From: Candidatus Multivorans sp.
GTDB lineage: Bacteria > Acidobacteriota > Thermoanaerobaculia > Multivoradales > Multivoraceae
DNA: 64,000 nt
Reading direction: 5' to 3'
NCBI GenBank assembly: GCA_965247095.1
Contig: OZ251997.1
Location: 3,488,001 to 3,552,000, forward strand
Shown: piece by piece, positions 48,619-56,723 of the stretch
How the letters are laid out: the number at the start of each line of letters is the position of its first letter
Position numbering within the stretch: position 1 is the stretch's first letter
The notes under the pieces: model-generated
Told to the model about the DNA's origin: nothing
The model's database searches: none
What the model saw: the letters and a program-made list of their open reading frames with translations, nothing else
Position numbers and translations under genes: made by a program

Positions 48619-51600
48619 ATGGCGAGACAGGAGGAGCCCAGGGCCGTCGGCGAACACATCAGGCGCAGGGTCATCCCGGTGGGGATGACGGTTACAGAGG
48701 CCGCCAAGAGACTGGGAGTGAGTCGGGTCGCGCTGTCCAACCTCCTTAACGACAGGGCCTCACTCTCGCAGCAAATGGCGCTTCGTCTGAAGACGGCCTT
48801 CGGTGCCGACCCGGAGGAGATCTTCCGAGTTCAGGCCGAGTCACAGAGCGGTCGGCGCCGCGAGGAGGAGCGGGCGATGGCCGTTCGGACCTACGTGCCG
48901 CCGTTTCTCACGATCAAGGCATCTCAGATAGACGCCTGGGCGGACCAGAGCGAGGAGGCACGGAGCCGCTTGCCGGTTCTGGTGCGGAGGTTGATTCGGT
49001 CGACAGGGCGAGACCTGCGCCAGTTGGACTTCCCGGGATACGGCGAAGGGCAGCGCCCGGGTTGGGACGGTCGGGTGGAGACCGGAGCCACCACACCTTG
49101 GATACCAGCGGGGGACTCCGGTTGGGAGTTGAGTACGTCCAGGGAACCGGCGCGCAAGGCCGACTCCGATTTCAAGAACCGGCTGGTTCTACCGGCGGAG
49201 GAGCGAGAAGAGACTACGTTCGTCTTCGTCTCGTCGCGCTGTTGGCCGAAGAAGAACCAGTGGGCAGAGCAGCGAAGGGCAGAGGGCCGTTGGAAGGACG
49301 TGCGGGCCCTGGATGCGAACGATCTCGAGCAGTGGCTGGAGGCGTCGATCGAGGGCCAGATCTGGCTTGCAGAGCAACTCAATCTACCTTCTCTCGAGGA
49401 TTGCGTGACCCTTGACCGAGCCTGGGAGCGATGGGCCGAGGTCAGCGCGCCGCCGATGCCGGAGGACATCTTCCGACCTTCGGTCGCTGGACATCTTGAG
49501 AAGCTCACCACTTGGCTGAAGGTAGCCAATCCGGAGCGCCCGTTCACTCTCGCGGCGGACTCGAAGGACGAGGCTCTTGCCTTCCTGGCATGCCTGTCCC
49601 GAGAAGAGCAAATTCCGGAGGAGTTCCGGGACCGCGCGGTCGTTATCAACTCGGCGAAGACCCTCCGAACCCTGGCCCAATCGACGTCGTCGTTCATCCC
49701 AATAGTCGGCGACGAAGAGACTGAGGGCGAACTCGCCCACTGGCGACATCACAGCATCGTCTGGCGGCCGCGCAATGCTGTAGGGGAACCCGATATGTCG
49801 CTCGGACCTCTGGGTTACGAGGCGTTCGAGAAATCCCTAACCGCCATGGGGTTTGAACGAAGGGACATCCATCGGTTGGCCCGGGAGTCGGGCCGATCGC
49901 CGACCATCTTGCGGCGCCGCCTCTCGGAGAACGACGCGATCAAGAGGCCGCGTTGGGCAAGGAAGAGTGAGATCGCACGGAAGTTGGTTCCGATGGCCCT
50001 CGTCGGGGCGTGGAAGGCCGATTCGAGAGCGGATTCGAAGGCCGATCGCGAGGTTCTCTCCACGTTGAGTAATCGCCCGTTCAGCGAGTTTGACGAGGAT
50101 GTCGTCGACTTGCTTCGGTTGGAAGACAGCCCCGTGTGGCTTGTCGGTAGACATGGTGGCGTCGTCTCGCAGATTGATGCGCTGTTTGCCGTTGGTCTGT
50201 ACGTGACGACTGCGGACCTGGACCTCTTCTTCGACCGAGCCGAGTTCGTGCTCTCGGAGCCCGACCCGGCCTTGGAGTTGGCAAGCGGCGAGAGATGGGC
50301 GGCAGCCGTCCACGGCAAAGTACGCCGCCACTCGGACTCATTGCGAGCCGGTGTATGCGAGACGCTCGTCCTGCTGGCAGTACATGGCAACACCCTGTTC
50401 CGAGGCGGGCTCGGAATCGACTTGGAAGCCCGCGTCGGCGATCTCGTCGGGCGACTCCTGACGCCGGAAGGAGGCGGGGCGCCGCTGAGCGCTGAGACGC
50501 TGATGTCCTATGACCGGGACCTCCCGAGGCTTGCCGAAGCTGCTCCGGACCAGTTCCTGCGGCTTCTGGAGGCGGACCTCCTGCGAGGGGACTCGGCCTT
50601 GTTCGAGCTCTTGGAGCCAGTCGCCCCGAGCATCTTCGCCGGTTGCCCACGGACCGGCCTTCTGTGGGCCCTGGAGTGCCTGGCGTGGAATCCGTCGAAC
50701 CTCCCGCGGGTCGCTCTGATTCTCGGCCAACTATCGACAAAGCCGATTGACGACAACTGGGTCAACCGGCCGATCAACAGTCTGGAGGCGATCTTCCGAT
50801 CCTGGATGCCGCAGACGGCGGCGTCCCCTAGTGCTCGGTTTCAGGCGCTTGAGCTGCTGTGCAGCCGCATCCCGGAAGTGGGTTGGCAAATCTGCATGGA
50901 GCAGCTCCGGCGCGGTCCGCGGACGGGGACTTACAGCCAGCAGCCGAGGTGGCGTGGCGATGCCGCGGACGCCGGAGACCCGGTTTCTCACGACGATCGG
51001 CGGGAGTTCGATCGCAGAACGCTTGAGTTGGCGCTGGAATGGCCGCGCCCGCGTGACGCCGACAAGCTCGGGGATTTGATCGACCTCCTCAGCGACATGT
51101 CCGACGAGAACCAGGGTCGGGTGTGGGCACTCATCGAAGAGTGGTTGAAACGTGAGCCGGGAGAGGAACAGAAGGCTGTCCTACGTGAGCGCCTCCGGCG
51201 CTTCGGCTACACCAGCGTCCGGCCCGCCTTCGCGGTCGAGCCCGCATTGACCGCGAGGGCGCAGGCGCTGTACGACCGCTTGGCGCCGGAAGATCCGGCG
51301 AGCCGCCACGCGTGGCTTTTCGCCGATCATTGGATTCACGAATGGCCCGAGGACTTCGATGACGCGATGGACTTCTCTGAGCGTGAGGAACGCATCAGGA
51401 ATCGGCGCACCGAGGCGATGACCGAGATCTGGTCGACTGAGGGCCTGAGAGGTGCCCTATCGCTCCTTCCCTCAAGCAACGCTGCCGACACGGTAGGCAT
51501 CTTCGCCTCGCGTTGCGTGCCCGGCCAGCACGCTCGGGCCGAAGTTCTCCGGGCCTGCCTTTCGGGTGACTTGCCTGCCGAGCTTGAGTTGGACGAGGCC

Positions 51601-52737
51601 AAGGTGGATGGATTCCTAGGAGGGTTCATCGGGGCAGTGGGAGAGGACTCGCGAGAGGAGTTGCTTCGCGGCCTTGCAGAGGAACTGCCTCGGGAACAGA
51701 TAGCTCGCCTCCTTCTTTGCGCTCCGTTCGGTCGGCAGACGTGGGGAATTCTGGAGCAGCAGGAGCGTGATGTTCGGGAAAGGTACTGGCGTGAAGTGAG
51801 TCCGCTACCTGGAACGGGAGTCACTGCGGACGAAGTCACCGCATTGACAGACCGCTTGCTCGACGCCGGTCGGCCCCGTGCCGCGTTCAATGCGCTTCAC
51901 CTGGCTTGGGACGGGGTCGAGACATCGCGGCTAAGGCGCCTGCTGAACGGGATCGTTGCCGGCAGTCCTGAGCCGGATGGCAGCATCAAGCTCGGCGCGT
52001 ATGACGTTTGCAGGGCGATCGAGTCCCTGAGCAAGAGGGCAGGGGTAGCCCGCGATGAGATGGCGGACTTGGAGTTCGTTTGCTCCGACCTGTTGGAGTT
52101 CGACGACTATGGCGTGCCGAACCTCGAGCGCCGAATCGCTGAAGACCCGAGCTACTTTGTTTGGCTTGTGGCGCTCGTCTACAAGCGGAAGGACGGCCGC
52201 GTGGATCCCGACGGATGGCCGGTGTCGAACCCGAAGAACAAGGCGTACTTCGGCAAGCTGGCTTTCTCCGTGCTTCTCAAAGTAGCGCGAATCCCGGGAA
52301 CAGAGGCCGGTGAAAGCGAGATCGATGCTAAAGCTCTCCGAGGCTGGGTGTCCGAAGTGAGACGACAGAGCACCGAGTGTGGTCGGGTCGAAGCTGCCGA
52401 CATTTGCATTGGCCAGCTTTTCGCCCAGAAGCCACCTGAGAACGGAAGCTCATGGCCTAGTCGCCCCATCTGCGAGGCCATGGAAGCTGTTGCGACGGAG
52501 AGCATTGCCAGTGGTTTCTATTCGGGCGTTGCCGACTCCCGCGGTGCCGTGATGCGCGCCGAAGGTGGCGGCCAGGAACGAGAACTGGCAGCCAAGTACC
52601 GAGCGTGGGCGGAACCTCTCTACTTCGAGTTCCCTTTCGTCGCGAGCCAAGTGCTGGAGCGAATCGCCAAGTCCTACGACCAGGAGGCGGCGTACTGGGA
52701 CTCGGAGGCGGAACTGGAGAAGCGGCTGGAGGACTGA
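48619..52737 (+). CDS. Large protein: HigA-like XRE HTH + nuclease-like domain + long helical region
   Basis: MTVTEAAKRLGVSRVALSNLLN..LSQQMALRL; GWDG..WELS..K pattern; uninterrupted 1372 codons. Confidence 0.8.
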   Translation: MARQEEPRAVGEHIRRRVIPVGMTVTEAAKRLGVSRVALSNLLNDRASLSQQMALRLKTAFGADPEEIFRVQAESQSGRRREEERAMAVRTYVPPFLTIKASQIDAWADQSEEARSRLPVLVRRLIRSTGRDLRQLDFPGYGEGQRPGWDGRVETGATTPWIPAGDSGWELSTSREPARKADSDFKNRLVLPAEEREETTFVFVSSRCWPKKNQWAEQRRAEGRWKDVRALDANDLEQWLEASIEGQIWLAEQLNLPSLEDCVTLDRAWERWAEVSAPPMPEDIFRPSVAGHLEKLTTWLKVANPERPFTLAADSKDEALAFLACLSREEQIPEEFRDRAVVINSAKTLRTLAQSTSSFIPIVGDEETEGELAHWRHHSIVWRPRNAVGEPDMSLGPLGYEAFEKSLTAMGFERRDIHRLARESGRSPTILRRRLSENDAIKRPRWARKSEIARKLVPMALVGAWKADSRADSKADREVLSTLSNRPFSEFDEDVVDLLRLEDSPVWLVGRHGGVVSQIDALFAVGLYVTTADLDLFFDRAEFVLSEPDPALELASGERWAAAVHGKVRRHSDSLRAGVCETLVLLAVHGNTLFRGGLGIDLEARVGDLVGRLLTPEGGGAPLSAETLMSYDRDLPRLAEAAPDQFLRLLEADLLRGDSALFELLEPVAPSIFAGCPRTGLLWALECLAWNPSNLPRVALILGQLSTKPIDDNWVNRPINSLEAIFRSWMPQTAASPSARFQALELLCSRIPEVGWQICMEQLRRGPRTGTYSQQPRWRGDAADAGDPVSHDDRREFDRRTLELALEWPRPRDADKLGDLIDLLSDMSDENQGRVWALIEEWLKREPGEEQKAVLRERLRRFGYTSVRPAFAVEPALTARAQALYDRLAPEDPASRHAWLFADHWIHEWPEDFDDAMDFSEREERIRNRRTEAMTEIWSTEGLRGALSLLPSSNAADTVGIFASRCVPGQHARAEVLRACLSGDLPAELELDEAKVDGFLGGFIGAVGEDSREELLRGLAEELPREQIARLLLCAPFGRQTWGILEQQERDVRERYWREVSPLPGTGVTADEVTALTDRLLDAGRPRAAFNALHLAWDGVETSRLRRLLNGIVAGSPEPDGSIKLGAYDVCRAIESLSKRAGVARDEMADLEFVCSDLLEFDDYGVPNLERRIAEDPSYFVWLVALVYKRKDGRVDPDGWPVSNPKNKAYFGKLAFSVLLKVARIPGTEAGESEIDAKALRGWVSEVRRQSTECGRVEAADICIGQLFAQKPPENGSSWPSRPICEAMEAVATESIASGFYSGVADSRGAVMRAEGGGQERELAAKYRAWAEPLYFEFPFVASQVLERIAKSYDQEAAYWDSEAELEKRLED

Positions 52738-52956
52738 ACCCGTGGGTCTGGGCTCGCTGCTTCGCGGCATCGCATTTGATGCCGGCGCACCGCCAGTTGT
52801 GCACACAACGACACGCCTGGCGTTGGCCGGTGCTACCGAAAGCGCGTTACTTCTTCTTCGGAGGCGGCGGAGGCCTGGCAGGCTTGATCTTCGCCGGTCT
52901 CGTCGGCTTCCCCGAGGGAGCCTTGCAGCAGCTCGTCGCGGCCTTCGCCAGCTCTC

Positions 52957-53481
52957 TTAGGCTTCTTGGATGGCATACCTGCCCTCCAGTAGCTGGTTGG
53001 CTTCCACGGTGGACCGCTCGTTCAGCCGCTGATTGGTCCGGAGGTCCACGTCGCCGGCTCGGCCGGTTGTACTCCCAATGTTGTCGGCCAGTTCCTTGAG
53101 CCGGGAGATGACCTCCTGCTCGCCGATCTCCTGCTCGTTGATCTCCTGCCACAGACGGCTGTAGTCGTCGGAGAGTCCCGCACAGGCCTGGCTGATGGCG
53201 AAGGATATGGCGGCTTTCCTGGCGTGGTCGCCCAGGAAGTCGACGGCTAGCAGGATTGCGGCGACCGCGCTGACACTCCAGATCACCCAGCCGGGGGCAT
53301 CCTGCAGTGCGCCAATGACGTTGCCCGAGACGGACAGAAAGATGAGAAGCCGGACGACTTGCCTCAGGAGTTGATAACGGTCGTAGAGCTTGTAGTAGTA
53401 GCGCTCTAGCCGGACCGCCTCAAGTTAGTCCAGCCACGCCTCGTTCCGCCGCGACTCACTGACTTCTGCTGTGGGCGCCAT
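52957..53481 (-). pseudogene. Two-TM SLATT-like protein with premature stop
   Basis: GGAG RBS, MAPTAEVSESRRNEAWLD*LEAVRLERYY..; TAA at 53425-53427 in an otherwise open 175-codon frame. Confidence 0.7.
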
Positions 53482-53562
53482 GGTGCTCTCCGTTGGGGCT
53501 GTCTTGTCCACATCCGTAGATCTGTCGTCGGTAGAGGATCCTAACAGCGGGTGTTGATGGCC

Positions 53563-54156
53563 TCACCCTCGCCGGAACGCCCTCACGTCACTGCCCGCCC
53601 CCTCGAACAACTGCCGCACCGTCGGCAACGGCAGGCCGACGACGTTGCTGTAGTTGCCGTCGATTTCGCTGACGAAGAGGGCGCCCAGGCCCTGGACGGC
53701 GTAGGCGCCGGCCTTGTCGTCGGGCTCGCCGGTGGCGGCGTACCAGTCGATCTGCTCGGGGGTCAGTTCGGCGAACAGGACGCGGGTGCTCTCGACGGCG
53801 TGCAGGGTGTCGCCGGCGGGGGGCTTGAGGGCGACGCCGGTGAGCACCAGGTGCCAGCGGCCCTGGAGCCGCTCCAGCATGTGGCGGGCTTGGTTGCGGT
53901 CGGCGGGTTTGCCCAGCACTTCGCGGTCAATCACCACGATGGTGTCGGCGGCCAGGACCCACTCGCCGTCCTGGGCACCGGCGTCGGCCTTCTCGCGGGC
54001 GAGGCGGCGCACGAGGTCGCGGGGCCGCTCGCCGTGACCGGGCGTTTCGTCGACGGTGGCGGGGCGTACCGTGAAGTCGAGGTCGAGGGACTCCAGGAGC
54101 TCGCGGCGGCGCGGGGAGGCGGAGGCGAGGACGAGGGGGCCGGGCGCCCTGCTCAC
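53563..54156 (-). CDS. maf: Maf nucleotide pyrophosphatase
   Basis: LASASPRRRELL, ADTIV, GKP, DKAGAY, NVVGLP. Confidence 0.95.
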   Translation of the reverse strand: MSRAPGPLVLASASPRRRELLESLDLDFTVRPATVDETPGHGERPRDLVRRLAREKADAGAQDGEWVLAADTIVVIDREVLGKPADRNQARHMLERLQGRWHLVLTGVALKPPAGDTLHAVESTRVLFAELTPEQIDWYAATGEPDDKAGAYAVQGLGALFVSEIDGNYSNVVGLPLPTVRQLFEGAGSDVRAFRRG

Positions 54157-56723
54157 TGGAAGTAGCCCGGGATGGTCTGGACCTTCGGGCCGCGTTTGCC
54201 GCCGGCGCGGGGGTTGGCGAGCTTCACGTCGACCTTGCGGAAGGTGTCGGGTTCGCCTTCGGGGGACTCGAACACGAGCAGGTACTGGGAGCGGACTTCG
54301 GTCTCGATCCGTTCGTAGACGCGCGGCAACTCGGCGGCCGAGGAAATGAAGAAGCAGCGGCCGCCGGTCTCGTTGCAGAGCTGCTGCAGCCGGCCGCGGA
54401 ACAGCAGCTCGCGCGAGTCGATGTCGATGCCGATGCTGTAGATCGCCACCTGGGAACGGCGAGCGAACTCCAGCACGTCTTCGAAGCGGTACTTGCTGCT
54501 CGAGTCTCCGCCGTCGGTGAGCAGGATCAGGGCCCGCTTACCGCGCAGGCCGCCGAAGTAGTAGAGGGCGTAGAGGATGCTGTCGTAAAGCGCGGTCTCG
54601 CCTTCCGCGACGAGGTCGGCGAGACCACCGGCGAGGGTCTCGCTCGAGCCCGTGAAGCCGACGGCCAGCTCGGGCCGGTCGTTGAAGGTAATCAGGCAGG
54701 CGCGGTCCTGCGGACCGAGGACGAGTTCGAAGAAGTGGAGCGCCGCCTCCTCGGCCGCGTCGAGGCGGTCGATCATGGAGGTCGAGGTGTCGAAGAGGAT
54801 GCCGGCGTGGACGGGCAGGTTGGCGGCGTTGTCGAATCGCTGCAGTTCCTGCCGCTCTCCGTCGACGAGGACCTCGAAGTCCTCGCTGCCAAGCCCCCGA
54901 ACCGGATCGCCGGAACGGTCGGTGATGGAGACGTAGAGCTCGATCAGGGCGACCTCGACCTCCTCCACCAGGTTGCGGGAGTTGACGAAGACCACGTCCT
55001 CGGCCCAGGCGCCGCTCGCGAGGTGCGCCACGGCCCGAACGTAGGAGAGGGCCTCGCCGGGATCGATCTGGATCGGTTGCTCGAAGGGCGGCTGGTAGAG
55101 CGTCGCGGTGCGGGTGTCGTTGAGGAAGAACTCGACCCGGTCCAGCCGCTCGTGGCGTGGCGCCTCGACCTCGGCGACCGCGCGCACGCTCCGGGTGTGG
55201 GCGGCGCCGCGTTGGGGCGAGGTGAGGCGGACGGTGAAGCGGTGCGGACCCGAGTTGAGGATCACCTGGTCCGTGGCCAGGACGCTGCCCTGCCCATCGT
55301 AGGCGTCGACTCGCAGGGTGTGGGCCCGCGGCGCAGGCCCGATGTCGATCTCGACCTCGTAGGGTGGCCGCCGCTTGCTGAGCAGTTCGCGACCGTCGAT
55401 CGAGAAGGCCAGGTGATGGATATTCGAACCCTCGGCGTCGGCGCCGAGCCGAACCCGACCCGTGAGCAGACGTTCGGGCAGGGGGAGGATGCGTACCGTG
55501 TGGTCGTCCGACTCGACCTCGTGGGGGCCGGCCGTGTTCGTTTCGGCCAGCCAGTCCGGCAGGATGGCCGGGGCGGCTGCTGCCGCTGCCGCTGCCGCTG
55601 CCGCCGGCGCTGCCCCTGCCGCCGGCGTCCGCGGCACGAGCGGGACGTCGATGTCGGCGTCGGCGGCGAAGTAGAACCCGGTGTCCAGGTCGCGCACCTT
55701 GACCACCAGGCGATAGGCGCCCGGGCGCAGGTAGCGCTGCATGACCAGGGGAACCGCTCCGCCGTCGCCGGCGCCGGCCCGGTTCTGGGTCCGCGGCTCG
55801 AAGCGGTAGCGGAAGTTCTCGAACAGTTCGCCCTGCCGCAGCACCTCGCCGTCGAGCACGAAGCGCCTGCGGCCCTTCTCGGCCGCAGGCAACAGGGCCG
55901 GATCGATGCCGACGATCGCCTGGACCACGGTCCGGCTGCCTCTGCGGCCCGGGAACCGCATCGCGATCTCGGCCGGTAGCTGCAGGGCGCCGGCGGGCGC
56001 CTCCGTGCTGCGGTCGAGGAAGGCAAGCGCCCATTCGTCGTTCGCCTTCCCGGGCTCGGGTTCGCCGCCCATCGCCTCCCAGTCGAGCGCCAGCCCCAGC
56101 GCGGTCAGCACGTCGCCGCCACGCGCGCACTGGCGGCCGATCTCCGCGATCTGCGACGCGCGATCGGCCACGAGACCGGTGAAGGCGACGATGCCGGACA
56201 GCCCGTCGGCCGCCGTCCACAGCCGGTAGCCGCCGCCCTGGCGCAGGAAGACGAGGTAGAATTCGCCGCGCACGACCGGGCTGTGCGGGTAGTGCCAGAT
56301 CTCGAGCGTGCGGAGCAGCCGGCAGGTGGTGCGAATCGTGCGCTGCGGCGCCCCGTGCAGCAGCAGCGCCTCGAAACGGGCGCCTCGGTCGCCGCCGAAG
56401 CGCTCTTCGGCCGTCTCGCGGGCGCGGTCGAAACGCTCCCGGAACTCGTTCTGCGGCGTCTCGGGATAGGGGTCGCGAACGCTCCAGAAGCGCTTGACGA
56501 AGGCGTCGCGCTGGTAGTCGTGCCGCAGCTCGCCGAACACGCGACGCTCGGTGTCGGTCAGGATCGCAGAGGCGGCGTCGAGGAACTCGGCGTGGCGCCG
56601 GTCGAGGGTGGCGGTGGCTGCCTCCTGGGCAAGGGCGGCGGTGGCAGCGAGGCAGAGGGTGAGACTCGCGCACGCCGCTGCCTGCAGTGGCGCCGCTGCT
56701 GCAGCCCGCATCCGGCGCTTCAC
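54153..56723 (-). CDS. Secreted GWxTD-like + Ig-like + VWA domain protein
   Basis: FWSVRDPYPETPQNEF, MIDAS DTSTSM, TALYD, LLTDG, ETGG. Confidence 0.88.
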   Translation of the reverse strand: MKRRMRAAAAAPLQAAACASLTLCLAATAALAQEAATATLDRRHAEFLDAASAILTDTERRVFGELRHDYQRDAFVKRFWSVRDPYPETPQNEFRERFDRARETAEERFGGDRGARFEALLLHGAPQRTIRTTCRLLRTLEIWHYPHSPVVRGEFYLVFLRQGGGYRLWTAADGLSGIVAFTGLVADRASQIAEIGRQCARGGDVLTALGLALDWEAMGGEPEPGKANDEWALAFLDRSTEAPAGALQLPAEIAMRFPGRRGSRTVVQAIVGIDPALLPAAEKGRRRFVLDGEVLRQGELFENFRYRFEPRTQNRAGAGDGGAVPLVMQRYLRPGAYRLVVKVRDLDTGFYFAADADIDVPLVPRTPAAGAAPAAAAAAAAAAAPAILPDWLAETNTAGPHEVESDDHTVRILPLPERLLTGRVRLGADAEGSNIHHLAFSIDGRELLSKRRPPYEVEIDIGPAPRAHTLRVDAYDGQGSVLATDQVILNSGPHRFTVRLTSPQRGAAHTRSVRAVAEVEAPRHERLDRVEFFLNDTRTATLYQPPFEQPIQIDPGEALSYVRAVAHLASGAWAEDVVFVNSRNLVEEVEVALIELYVSITDRSGDPVRGLGSEDFEVLVDGERQELQRFDNAANLPVHAGILFDTSTSMIDRLDAAEEAALHFFELVLGPQDRACLITFNDRPELAVGFTGSSETLAGGLADLVAEGETALYDSILYALYYFGGLRGKRALILLTDGGDSSSKYRFEDVLEFARRSQVAIYSIGIDIDSRELLFRGRLQQLCNETGGRCFFISSAAELPRVYERIETEVRSQYLLVFESPEGEPDTFRKVDVKLANPRAGGKRGPKVQTIPGYFQ

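Noticed and set aside
46640-53550. Integron attC sites suggested by CTAAC/GTTAG near cassette-like genes
   Set aside because: No paired RYYYAAC..GTTRRRY with an internal palindrome and no integrase in the window
55579-55602. (GCTGCC)x4 repeat
   Set aside because: Encodes an ordinary poly-Ala linker
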